A stretch of 64,000 nucleotides of DNA from an uncultured Melioribacteraceae bacterium. GTDB lineage: Bacteria; Bacteroidota; Ignavibacteria; Ignavibacteriales; Melioribacteraceae. Made by a program: the position numbers and the translations under genes. Where the stretch lies: assembly GCA_964652025.1 (NCBI GenBank), contig CAZYZX010000006.1, positions 83,997 through 147,996 of the forward strand. The letters are read 5' to 3'. Under the pieces are notes generated by a model. It searched no databases and was not told the origin of the DNA. It saw nothing but the letters and a program-made list of their open reading frames with translations. Shown piece by piece: positions 29,339 through 40,300 of the stretch (the first letter of the stretch is position 1; each line of letters opens with the position of its first letter).

Positions 29339-30333
29339 TGCATAAGTTTAATTTAACTAGATTAGAAGAATTAAAAAAGAGCTTTAAGAATAAAAAGATT
29401 GCTGTAATAGGGGATATGATGTTGGATTGCTATTTTTGGGGGGATGTGAAGCGTATTTCACCCGAAGCACCAGTGCCCGTTTTAGAATTAGATAACGAGT
29501 TTTATAGATTTGGTGGGGCTGCAAATGTTGCCCTTAATATTGCAAAACTTGGGTCAATCCCAATTCCAATTGGTATAGTTGGTAATGATAGTAATAAAGA
29601 GATTTTTAAGGAGTTGTTGCATCAATCTGGCATTAATAGTAAGGGTATAATTGTAGATGATACAAGACCAACAACTATAAAAACAAGAGTAATAGCAGGA
29701 ACGCAACATATAGTTAGGATTGATAGGGAAAGCAAGAAATATATAGCTAAAGAAACAGAAGAAAAAATATTAAATTTTTTTAGTGATGAAATTGTAAATT
29801 TAGATGGTGTAATAATAGAGGACTATAACAAAGGGGTACTAACAAATAATTTAATTAAGGAAATTATAAAAATAGCAAATGATAAAAACAAAATAATTAC
29901 AGTAGACCCAAAGTTTAATAATTTTTTTGAGTATAAAGATGTTACAGTTTTTAAGCCAAATAGAAAAGAAGCCATAGATGCAACGGGAATGCCAATAAGC
30001 AATAAAGACGAATTATTAAATGTAGGTTATTTTTTATTAGATAAGTTGAATGCTAAATATATTTTAATTACATTAGGGGAAGGTGGAAGTATACTTTTTG
30101 AAAAAGGGAAAGAACCAAAACAAACGCCAACAAAAGCAAGAAAGGTGAGAGATGTTTCTGGTGCAGGTGATACGGTTATTTCTACCTTAACAGTTGCTTT
30201 AGTAGCAGGAGCAGAAATTTACGAAGCTGCTTATTTAGCTAATTATGCAGGCGGGTTAGTTTGTGAAGAAGTTGGAATAGTACCTATTGAATTAGATAAA
30301 TTATTCGAAACAGTTAAAGCGGATATTTTATGA
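29338..30333 (+). CDS. hldA: D-glycero-beta-D-manno-heptose-7-phosphate kinase (RfaE domain I, PfkB family)
   Basis: 331 aa with IAVIGDMMLDCYFWGDVKRISPEAPVPV, GGAANVALN and DVSGAGDTV. TAATG overlap with the upstream gene. Confidence 0.85.
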   Translation: MHKFNLTRLEELKKSFKNKKIAVIGDMMLDCYFWGDVKRISPEAPVPVLELDNEFYRFGGAANVALNIAKLGSIPIPIGIVGNDSNKEIFKELLHQSGINSKGIIVDDTRPTTIKTRVIAGTQHIVRIDRESKKYIAKETEEKILNFFSDEIVNLDGVIIEDYNKGVLTNNLIKEIIKIANDKNKIITVDPKFNNFFEYKDVTVFKPNRKEAIDATGMPISNKDELLNVGYFLLDKLNAKYILITLGEGGSILFEKGKEPKQTPTKARKVRDVSGAGDTVISTLTVALVAGAEIYEAAYLANYAGGLVCEEVGIVPIELDKLFETVKADIL

Positions 30334-30812
30334 GCAATAATATTTTAACCAAAGAAGAAATGTTAAAAATAAGGTTGGAATTAAAGAAAGAAGGTAAAAA
30401 AATAGTTTTTACAAATGGATGTTTTGATATATTACATGCGGGGCACGTAGATTACTTAAATAAAGCAAAAGCTGCTGGCGATGTTTTAGTTGTAGGGCTA
30501 AATTCAGATTCTTCTATAAAGCGTATTAAAGGAGAATTAAGACCAGTTGTTAAACAAGATGAAAGAGCATTTATTTTAAGTAATCTTAAAGCTGTTGATT
30601 ATGTAGTGTTTTTTGATGAAGACACTCCCGCTGAGATAATAGATTACTTAATACCCGATGTATTAGTAAAAGGAGCAGATTGGGCTATTGATAAAATTGT
30701 TGGACGTGAGACAGTAGAAAAAAATGGTGGCGTTGTTAAAACTATTAATTTTGTTACAAATCAATCTACTACGAATATAATTCAAACAATTTTAGATAGA
30801 TTTAAAAATTGA
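30330..30812 (+). CDS. hldC: D-glycero-beta-D-manno-heptose-1-phosphate adenylyltransferase (RfaE domain II)
   Basis: 160 aa with FTNGCFDILHAGHVDYL and VVGLNSDSSIKRIKG. ATGA overlap with hldA. Confidence 0.85.
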   Translation: MSNNILTKEEMLKIRLELKKEGKKIVFTNGCFDILHAGHVDYLNKAKAAGDVLVVGLNSDSSIKRIKGELRPVVKQDERAFILSNLKAVDYVVFFDEDTPAEIIDYLIPDVLVKGADWAIDKIVGRETVEKNGGVVKTINFVTNQSTTNIIQTILDRFKN

Positions 30813-33800
30813 GTAAAATAAAAGCAAGTGCCGAGAGCTCGGTTTTTAGAAAAGTAATAAACATTTTTATCCTTTTTTTTATAGGGTTATCGATACTTTT
30901 GCTTTTACTTTTTGGGTTTACTCAAACAAAAACTTTTAGAAACTTATTAAAAGAACAAGTTATTTTAGCAGTTAATGACGCTTTATATGGAAAATTATCC
31001 ATTGGGTCTATTGAAGGTTCTATTTTAACTTCTGTTAAATTAAACGATGTTAGTTTAACTTTATATGGCGATACTTTAGCCTCTATTAGCAAATTAAATC
31101 TTAGATTTAATCCTATTCAATTGTTATTTGATAGGATAGATGTAAAAACTTTTGAAATTTATAACCCAAGAATTTTTTTAAGGCAAGACTCGTTAAATGT
31201 TTGGAATATAGAAAAATTAGTTAAACCGACCGAAGAAGATACCACAACTTCTCAATTCCCTTTTTCAATTCAAGTTAATAATTTATTAATCTCTAATTTG
31301 TATTTTGAACGTAAGTCGTTTGAAAATAGAAATAACAATGAAAAATTAGATAGTTTTAATTTTGATGATTTTATTGTTAATGATTTTAATTTTAACGCAA
31401 ATACATTTATTAACATTAGTGATAATGAATATTTTTTAGAGTTAAAAGAATTTAATTTTAATTCTAATTTGAATTATTTTAATTTAAATGGCTTTAAAGG
31501 TATTGTTGGCATTACAGATAAGAAAATAGTTGTAAATGGTTTTAATATCCAAACAGATAGCAGTAATGTTAAGTTTGATATAAAGGTTGATAATTTTAAT
31601 TTATTCGCAGAAAATTTTGAAGCATCATTAAATGAAGCAGACTTTACAATTAATTTAGACGCTAATTATTTTGATTTTAAAGATGTAAAAACATTTATTC
31701 CAGAATTTGATTTACTTTTTGGTAAAATTGAATTGAATTTAGGAATATCTGGTAAAATAAATGACTTGGATTGTAATAAATTAAATTTCAATTATCTTAA
31801 TACAAAAATTGTTGCAAATGGAAATATTAAAAATCTTTTAGATATTAACAGGATTTATGTAGATTTTAATGTTACCAATTCTAATATATCTGAAAGTGAT
31901 ATTACAAAGTTATTGCCAAAATTTAACATACCAAATTACGATAATTTAAATTTTCAAAAATTAGATATAAAATATGTAGGCAGTACAGAAAAGGTTGCTA
32001 TTCAGTTAAAATCTAACATAAATAATGGATTTTTAGAGCTTAAAACCGATTTCGATTTTACATCTCCTAAACCCTTGTATCAAATTCAGTTTAAAACTAA
32101 TAACTTAGATATTGAACCATTTGCAAAAATTAATACTGCGCTAAATTTATCGGGTAATGTACAAGGAAGTGGTATTAGTTTAGAAGAGCTTTCGGCTTCT
32201 TTAATGGTTAAGGGGCATGAAACTAATTATATTAATGGGTTTAAAGTTGATACATTGGATTTATTTGTTGCTGGAAATGAAAAAAAGATTAATGCTAATT
32301 TATCGGGCTATTTAAACAATGCGAAATTGTTATTTAATGGTGATTTAAACTTTACTGAAAAGGAAAATCCAAGTTATAATTTTGGTTTAGATATTAATGA
32401 TTTTAATATTGCAAAATTTATAAAAGACTCTACACAAACAAATAATAGCAATATTAACTTAAAATTAAATGTTAGCGGTAAAAGTTTTGATTTAGACTCA
32501 CTAATTGGTAAGATTAATTTACATTTAGATGAATCGGAATTTAAAGATAAAATGTTAATGCCAGCAGATTTTACTCTTAGTGTAGATAGAACCGATTCCA
32601 TTAGAAATGTTAGTTTATTAAGTGATGTTGCAGATTTCAGTTTTAAGGGGAATTATTCCTTAAAGCATGCTGTAAATATATTAGGCTATCAAGCAGAAAC
32701 GATTGTTAATTTAATACAAGATAAAATTGATGAAATAAACCCAATTGGTAAAACCAGTCTTAATAAACGTATAACTGAAAAGGATACAATACCAGATTTT
32801 ATAAAAAATAAGTTGAAAGTAGATTTTATATTTAAGTTTAATGATTTTGAATTAATTTCTAATCTTATTGGTGCAGAAAAGTTAGATATATTAGGAAGTG
32901 GACGGGGAACAATATATAATGATTCATCAAATTTTTCTATTACAACTAATTTAGATTTAGATTATTTTGTAAATTATATAAAAGGGGAAATTATATATAT
33001 ATCTGGAACAAATGTAAATATAAAATTTAATCGAGATAATCAAGTTTTATTATTTGATAACTTGTTTGGCAGTGTGTATCTTAACAATAAGAGAATTTAT
33101 GCCGGCAGTGAGATAAAAAATTTTACTGCTGATATGATATTTAATCAAAGTAAATTGATATTTAATACTAATGCTGCTATAAATGGAATAATTAATGCTG
33201 ATTTAAGTGGAAAATTGCTAATGAACAAGGAAGTTCAGAATATAGTTATCGAAGATGTTTCTTTTAAATATGTAGATGAAATATGGTCTAATAATGACGA
33301 TATATTAATTGATTTAGGAAATGATTATTTGAGGATAAAAGATTTAGTAATTAATGATGGCAAAACAGAACTTAATTGCAAAGGAACTCTTAAATCGAAT
33401 GGGGATTTAGATCTCGATTTTAATATCTTAAATATCGATGGTGAAATATTTTCAAAATATTTTTTAGGATATTTTGATAAAAAATTAAATACAGATTTTG
33501 ACTTAGAATGTAGCGTACATGGTAATTTAGAAAATCCAATAATTAATGCTACAATAAATGGTAACGAGCTAAGTTATGATACCAAAAAACTTGGTAATTT
33601 AGTTAGCAATTTTGAATATAAAGATAATAATTTTTTATTCGATTTAAGATTTTTTGAGAATAATGGTGGCTTTTTGCCTACGTTAAGTTTTTCGGGCAAT
33701 TTTCCAATATATTTAGGTACAAAGGAAGTAAAAAGCCGTATATTAGATGATAAACCGCTGAGTATAAAATTTAATGCAAACAAATTTAATCTTAATACTA

Positions 33801-35260
33801 TTGGTAATTTATTACCATTTATTGTAATTAAAAATGGATTATTAAAAAGTAATGCGGAAATTTCTGGAACTTTTAACTCTGTTAAATATAGTGGAGAAAT
33901 TTTATTAAATGAAGGTCTTTTTACGTTAAAAAATAATAATTTAGACTATAGTGCAGATATGGCATTAAAACTGGGTGAAAAAGGAATAGAAATAGCCGAT
34001 TGTAATATAAGTAATTATGGGGGTGTGAATAAAAAGGGGAATATTAAAATTAAGGGGGATATATTATTAAATAATTTTAATTTAGATAAAGTTGTAGCCA
34101 AATTAGATGGCAATTTAAGTGTGCTATCATTTGCGTCTAAAACTGTATTGCCAATTTTTTATGGGGATTTATTTATATCTTCAATAGGTGAGTGGACTTT
34201 TGTTTATCAAAACAATAAAGCAGTATTTTTAGGGAATATTGGATTAGAAGAAACCAATTTAGTTTTTTCTCCACAGCAAAACACATACACAACTATAAAT
34301 AACAATTTTAATTATAAGTTTATAGTAGATAGCACCAAAATAGATAAAGAAGAAGAAAAGTTTAACAAATTGTTCGCAGCTGGAAAATCAAATAATCAAT
34401 GGCAATTAAAAAAAGCTGAGGGTAGTGGATTAGAATACTCAGTTAGAGTAAAAACATTAAAAGATGCGAAACTTGTGTTTATATTATCAGAAGCAACAAA
34501 TCAAAAATTAACAGTAGAATCTGTTGGTGATATAAACTATGAATATAAAAATGGCGAAATAAGAGCACAAGGAGAGTTTAAGTTATTAACGGGTTCTAAA
34601 TTAGAATTTATTAAAACATTTGATGCAAAAGGCTCGATTAGGTTTGAAAGTAACGTAACTAATCCCTACTTAGATATTATAGCAACATATAAAGGAACAC
34701 ATACGGCAACTAATGGAACAGTTGAAGATGTTTTAGTTAAACTTGTATTAGAAGGAACGGTGGAAGATTTAGGGAAGAATTTGGCAGCTAATCCGGAAAA
34801 CATTTCTGTTTATGTTGGCGCAAAAAATATAGAAAGTGGAACACCAGATAATCAATTAGGACCTGCCGATGCATTTTCGTTTGTAGTATTAGGTAAATTT
34901 GTAAAAGATTTAACTGCTTTAGACCAAACAGTTATTGCAGCGCAAACGGATATGCTGCTTGGTTCAGTATTAAGCAGTGTAGCAAGCTCGTTATTTGGTG
35001 ATGCAATTAATAATATTTCTTTAGACCAAAGTATGGGTTATACAAAATTTAGTGTTTCTGGTAGATTTAGTAATTTTAAATATAGTATTGGAGGAACAAC
35101 GGATATTTTTAAGGATGTAACTGGGGCAAATTTAATGATTGAATATTTATTCAATCCAGATTTTAGTATTAGATTAGAAAGAAAAGAACCTGTTGTACAA
35201 ACATTTGGTTCAGAAGATAAAATTAATGAATTAGGATTAAAATATAGGTTCCAATTTTAA
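30809..35260 (+). CDS. tamB: TamB/AsmA-like translocation and assembly module protein (DUF490 C-terminus)
   Basis: 1483 aa. It has one N-terminal TM anchor (INIFILFFIGLSILLLLLFGF), a long N/F/K-rich beta-rich body, and a C-terminus ...MIEYLFNPDFSIRLERKE...LGLKYRFQF. The start at 30809 is TTG and overlaps the hldC TGA. Confidence 0.75.
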   Translation: MSKIKASAESSVFRKVINIFILFFIGLSILLLLLFGFTQTKTFRNLLKEQVILAVNDALYGKLSIGSIEGSILTSVKLNDVSLTLYGDTLASISKLNLRFNPIQLLFDRIDVKTFEIYNPRIFLRQDSLNVWNIEKLVKPTEEDTTTSQFPFSIQVNNLLISNLYFERKSFENRNNNEKLDSFNFDDFIVNDFNFNANTFINISDNEYFLELKEFNFNSNLNYFNLNGFKGIVGITDKKIVVNGFNIQTDSSNVKFDIKVDNFNLFAENFEASLNEADFTINLDANYFDFKDVKTFIPEFDLLFGKIELNLGISGKINDLDCNKLNFNYLNTKIVANGNIKNLLDINRIYVDFNVTNSNISESDITKLLPKFNIPNYDNLNFQKLDIKYVGSTEKVAIQLKSNINNGFLELKTDFDFTSPKPLYQIQFKTNNLDIEPFAKINTALNLSGNVQGSGISLEELSASLMVKGHETNYINGFKVDTLDLFVAGNEKKINANLSGYLNNAKLLFNGDLNFTEKENPSYNFGLDINDFNIAKFIKDSTQTNNSNINLKLNVSGKSFDLDSLIGKINLHLDESEFKDKMLMPADFTLSVDRTDSIRNVSLLSDVADFSFKGNYSLKHAVNILGYQAETIVNLIQDKIDEINPIGKTSLNKRITEKDTIPDFIKNKLKVDFIFKFNDFELISNLIGAEKLDILGSGRGTIYNDSSNFSITTNLDLDYFVNYIKGEIIYISGTNVNIKFNRDNQVLLFDNLFGSVYLNNKRIYAGSEIKNFTADMIFNQSKLIFNTNAAINGIINADLSGKLLMNKEVQNIVIEDVSFKYVDEIWSNNDDILIDLGNDYLRIKDLVINDGKTELNCKGTLKSNGDLDLDFNILNIDGEIFSKYFLGYFDKKLNTDFDLECSVHGNLENPIINATINGNELSYDTKKLGNLVSNFEYKDNNFLFDLRFFENNGGFLPTLSFSGNFPIYLGTKEVKSRILDDKPLSIKFNANKFNLNTIGNLLPFIVIKNGLLKSNAEISGTFNSVKYSGEILLNEGLFTLKNNNLDYSADMALKLGEKGIEIADCNISNYGGVNKKGNIKIKGDILLNNFNLDKVVAKLDGNLSVLSFASKTVLPIFYGDLFISSIGEWTFVYQNNKAVFLGNIGLEETNLVFSPQQNTYTTINNNFNYKFIVDSTKIDKEEEKFNKLFAAGKSNNQWQLKKAEGSGLEYSVRVKTLKDAKLVFILSEATNQKLTVESVGDINYEYKNGEIRAQGEFKLLTGSKLEFIKTFDAKGSIRFESNVTNPYLDIIATYKGTHTATNGTVEDVLVKLVLEGTVEDLGKNLAANPENISVYVGAKNIESGTPDNQLGPADAFSFVVLGKFVKDLTALDQTVIAAQTDMLLGSVLSSVASSLFGDAINNISLDQSMGYTKFSVSGRFSNFKYSIGGTTDIFKDVTGANLMIEYLFNPDFSIRLERKEPVVQTFGSEDKINELGLKYRFQF

Positions 35261-37341
35261 TGAAAAAAAGAATAATAGCATTTTTTAGCAAAAATCCCAA
35301 CAAATTATTTAAAGTAAATGAAATTGCAGATGAATTAGGAATAAATGAATTTTATGAATATAATGAATTGAGGGAAATAATAAACAGATTATCTAAAGAG
35401 GGTTTGTTAACAAGGCAAGGGAAAAAATTTATGTACGTATTAGATAATAAGCCAATAATTGGAGTTTTTGAAGCTAGTAGAGGCACATACGGTTTTGTAA
35501 GAACTGATAATAATTTTTATTCAGATATTTATATAAGTGCGGACAATATTAATGGTGCATTAAATGGTGATATTGTAGAAGTATTAATAACTAAAAAAGC
35601 CAAGAGAAAAAGTGCAGAAGGAGAAATAATAAAAATTATTAAACGGGCTAAAGAAAACTATATTGGAATTATAACAAAAGAAAGAGAAGTTTATTTTGTT
35701 CAAGTGGAACATGACGGTGTAAAGAAAGATATACATATTAAGAAATCTTCGTTAAATGGGGCTAAAAAGGGGGATAAGGTAATTATTGATATATTTAGCG
35801 ATCCAAAGGAATTAAATAAACTTCACGCAAAAGTAATAGAAGTTTTAGGTGCTAAAGATGAATATGATACAGAACTTGCCACTATTTCTTATGAACTTGG
35901 TTTACCTTATAAATTTCCAAAAGAAGTTTTATTAGAAGCAGAAAATATTAGTGAAAAAATTACAGAAGAGGAATTAAAAGAACGTTTGGACTATAGGAAT
36001 AAAAATGTATTTACTATAGATCCTGAAGATGCAAAAGATTTTGATGATGCGCTATCGATTGAAATATTACCAAATGGTAATTATTCGGTCGGTATTCATA
36101 TAGCAGATGTATCTTATTACGTAAAAACGGGTGGTAATATTTTTAATGAAGCTTTAAGACGTGGAACAAGTATATACTTTGTGGGTAAGGTAATTCCAAT
36201 GCTCCCGGAAAGATTATCTAATAAAATATGCTCATTAGTTCCTAACGAGGATAGATTAACATACTCTGTTATAGTAGAAATAACTGAAACAGGTAAAATT
36301 ATAGATTATGTAATAGAAAAATCTGTAATTAAAAGTAAGCGTAGATTTACATATGAAGAAGTTCAGAATATTTTGGATACGGGTAAAGGTGATTTTGCTG
36401 ATGACTTGATTAAACTAAATAAAATAGCAAGAATATTAAGAAAGAAGCGAGAGAAAAAGGGGAGTATAAATTTCCATAGTGCAGAAGTAAAGTTTGTTTT
36501 GGATGAAAATAATAAGCCGCTTTCAATAATTCCCAAAAAAATAATGGAAAGCAACGAGCTAGTAGAAGATTTTATGTTATTAGCTAATCAAATAGTAGCC
36601 AAACACGTTAATAATAAAAAAGTTCATTACGATTTTATTTACCGAGTTCACGATAAACCAGATGAAGAAAAGATTAAGGAATTTGCAAGATTTGTTAAAT
36701 CTTTTGGTTTTTCGTTTGATGTTAGTATGGCAGTTACACCTAAGCAATTCCAGAAATTGCTTGATGAAATAAAAGGGAGTGATGCAGAAAATATTATTAA
36801 TGATATGGCAATACGTTCTATGGCAAAAGCTATTTACACTACAGAAAATATTGGTCATTATGGATTAGCTTTTACTTATTATACACATTTTACTTCACCA
36901 ATTAGAAGATTTCCTGATTTAATTGTTCATAAACTAATTTATAATTATACTAAATCTTTACCCAAAGAATTTCCATTAAATAAATTGGAAGAATTTGCAG
37001 ATATTTCTTCTGATAGAGAACGAGCAGCACAAAATGCGGAAAGGATATCGGTTAAAATAAAGCAAATGGAATTTATGGAAGCTAAAATTGGGGATGAATT
37101 TGATGCAATAATTACAAACATTACTAATTTTGGTATGTTTATAGAATTAAAAGATATTTTGGTTGATGGATTAGTACATTTAAAGGATCTGACCGATGAT
37201 TATTATAATTACGATGAAAAGAACTTTATAATGGTGGGTAAAAAAAATAAGAAAAAATATAAACTTGGTGATAAAATAAAGGTTCAATTAATTAGAATTA
37301 ATAAAGAAAGGAGGGAACTGAATTTTATCCTTTCAAGTTAA
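35260..37341 (+). CDS. rnr: Ribonuclease R
   Basis: 693 aa. It has an N-terminal winged-helix and cold-shock region, RNB motifs FTIDPEDAKDFDDALS and HYGLAFTYYTHFTSPIRRFPDL, and a C-terminal S1 domain (GDEFDAIITNITNFGMFIEL). TAATG overlap with tamB. Confidence 0.9.
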   Translation: MKKRIIAFFSKNPNKLFKVNEIADELGINEFYEYNELREIINRLSKEGLLTRQGKKFMYVLDNKPIIGVFEASRGTYGFVRTDNNFYSDIYISADNINGALNGDIVEVLITKKAKRKSAEGEIIKIIKRAKENYIGIITKEREVYFVQVEHDGVKKDIHIKKSSLNGAKKGDKVIIDIFSDPKELNKLHAKVIEVLGAKDEYDTELATISYELGLPYKFPKEVLLEAENISEKITEEELKERLDYRNKNVFTIDPEDAKDFDDALSIEILPNGNYSVGIHIADVSYYVKTGGNIFNEALRRGTSIYFVGKVIPMLPERLSNKICSLVPNEDRLTYSVIVEITETGKIIDYVIEKSVIKSKRRFTYEEVQNILDTGKGDFADDLIKLNKIARILRKKREKKGSINFHSAEVKFVLDENNKPLSIIPKKIMESNELVEDFMLLANQIVAKHVNNKKVHYDFIYRVHDKPDEEKIKEFARFVKSFGFSFDVSMAVTPKQFQKLLDEIKGSDAENIINDMAIRSMAKAIYTTENIGHYGLAFTYYTHFTSPIRRFPDLIVHKLIYNYTKSLPKEFPLNKLEEFADISSDRERAAQNAERISVKIKQMEFMEAKIGDEFDAIITNITNFGMFIELKDILVDGLVHLKDLTDDYYNYDEKNFIMVGKKNKKKYKLGDKIKVQLIRINKERRELNFILSS

Positions 37342-37382
37342 ATAATTTATATTTAATATAATATAGTTTATTGAGGAATTTT

Positions 37383-40300
37383 ATGAAATACATAAAGTAT
37401 TTTAAGTTACTTATTATTATTTTTTTCCTATATATAAATATTTATCCCCAGTTTGGACAAAACAAAGTGCAATATAAATCTTATAATTGGCATTATATAC
37501 AAACAGTTCATTTTGATATATATTTTGACCTTAAATCTCCGGAGATTGCGGAATTTACTGCTCATATAGCAGAAAGGGCATTGGATGATTTACAAACTAG
37601 GCTTAAGTATAAAATTAACAATAGGATACCAATAATAATATACAATAGTCATAACGATTTTCAAGAGACTAATACTACTGATGAATATTTAAGCAATGGA
37701 GTTGGAGGTTTTACAGAGCCGTTTAAAAATAGAGTTGTATTACCATTCGAAGGGTCTTACGATAAATTTAGGCATGTAATTCATCACGAGCTTGTTCATG
37801 CTTTTATGATGGATATGTTATATGGTGGTACTGTTCAAAATATTATTTCAAGAGGGATTACTTTACAGCTGCCACTTTGGTATATGGAAGGAATGGCAGA
37901 ATATATGAGTAGTAATTGGGAAACAAACAGTGATATGTTTATAACTGATGGAATAATAAACGAATCTTTGCCAGATATTCCGATGTTAAATGGATATTAT
38001 GCATATCGTGGTGGTCAATCTTTAATGTATTATATTGCTACAAAATATGGTGATGAAAAGATTGCTGAAATATTAGAAAAAACAAAAGGTTTAGGAAGTG
38101 TTGAAGAGGGAATAAAAGCATCTATTGGCTTAAATTTAGAAGAATTAAATGAAAATTGGAAAAAGTTTTTAAAGAAAGAATATTGGCCACAAATAGATAA
38201 AAGAACCGATCCAGATGACTTTGCAAAACGTTTAACAAATAATAAGAAAGATGGAGGATTTTATAATACAAGTCCTGCTATTTCACCACAAGGGGATAAA
38301 ATAGCATTTATTACAGATAGAGACATTTTTCTTAATATATATATAATGAGTGCTTACGATGGGAAAATATTAAAGCGTATTGTTGAAAGCGGTAGAACGA
38401 ATGATTATGAGGAATTAAATGTTTTGTTTCCATCTTTAACGTGGTCACCAGATAATGTACATATAGCATTATCTGTAAAATATAAAGGTTACGATATTAT
38501 TCAAGTAATAGATACTGATAAAGAAGAGGCTAAACAACTTCCATTTAAGTTAGAAAAAATTGAAAGCGTAAGTTGGAGCCCTGACGGTGAAAAAATACTG
38601 TTTATTGGTGCAGATAATAAACAATCTGATTTGTATTTATATAATTTCAAGAATAATCAATTAATTAATCTTACAAATGACATATTTACAGAGACTGATA
38701 TATCTTGGTCTAATGATAGTAAAAGTATATTTTTTAGTAGTAACAGAGGTAAATATGTTAGCAAAGAATTAATACCAAAAGATTTTGAAATATATAATCA
38801 TAATTTTAGGCAATTTGACTTATACCAATTAAATTTAAGTGATAATAAAATTATACGAATTACTGATTGGGAACTTAGTAACGAGCAATCGCCAATAGTA
38901 AACAATAATAATACAGAGCTAATATTTGTTTCTGATAAAAATGGAATTGATAATTTATACAAAATAGATATTAGTAAAATTAACGATAGTACAGGAAGTT
39001 ATGTTGGAAACAAAGTATATCCAATAACTAATTCAATTGCAGGAATAAATCAGTTATCGGCTACAGCAGATAAAAAGAAATTAGTATTTACTTCTTTATA
39101 TAAAACTGGATATAATATATTTTTATTGAACCATCCATTTGACTTAGAAAAAGTTGCTGATGAACTTGAGTATACTAAGTTTATGCAAAAGTTAGTTAAT
39201 GAAAGCAAAGGTCTAACTACACGTGAAATGAAAGATACAATTAATATTTCTAAGCCAAAAAAAATAGGAGTATTAGCAGATTCTGTAAAAATTATATCTG
39301 ATAAAGAGAAGCAAAATACAGAGCCTGAAATTTTTAGTGGTAGTTTAATAAAAGAAAAAGACTCGTTGACTGTATCTAAAGAAGATGAATATAAGAATTA
39401 CATATTTGGTGGAGATACTTTTGTAACAGACTCTACAAAAATAGATAGTTCTAAAATTAATTTATTTACCCAAAAATTAGATGAAAATGGTAATTATTTA
39501 GTAAATCGATACAAAGTTAATTTTTCACCCGATTTGATTTACGCTAATGCTGGGTATAGTTCTTTGTATGGTTTATTGGGTACAACAGTTCTATCATTTA
39601 GCGATATGCTTGGAAATCATAGATTAATAGGTGTAACTTCGTTAAATGTTGATTTAAAGAATAGTGATTATGGATTAGCCTATTATTATTTAGCAAAGAG
39701 GATGAATTTTGGTATAGAAGGATTTCATACGGCAAGGTTTGTATATTTAGCGCGTCCATTTGGTAGTGAATTATATAGATTTAGAAACTATGGTGCCGTT
39801 CTTTCTGTAAGTTATCCTTTAAGTAGATTTTATAGAATAGAAGGGAGTTTTAGTGTTCTAAATGTAAGTAGTGAGAATTTAGATGATTTTACAATTCCAA
39901 AAGAACAAGCATTGTTTTTAATTCCTTCTATAGGTTTTGTGCACGATAACACGTTATGGGGTTATTACTCTCCAATACAAGGTAATAGAACGAGCATAAC
40001 GTTATTTGGTAATCCTGGGGCAGATAATAAACGAAAATCATTTTATTCTGTTGTATGGGATTATAGGGAGTATTTTAGATTTTGGTATGATAACTCTTTT
40101 GTAATAAGATTATCTGGTGGATATAGTGGTGGAGCAAACCCACAAAGATTTTTTATTGGTGGTACAGAAAATTGGATAAATCGTCAATTTAGCACTCAAG
40201 AAGTGCCAATAAATAATGCTAGCGATTTTGCATTTTTAACACCGGCATTACCACTACGTGGATATAATTATGCTGAGCAAATAGGCACAAAATATAGCTT

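Noticed and set aside
31300-31520. Reiterated GATTTTAATTTT-like strings in tamB as a possible repeat element
   Set aside because: They are in-frame low-complexity coding (NFNF/DFNF beta-strand-like repeats) within a continuous 1483-codon ORF. They have no defined unit or flanks.
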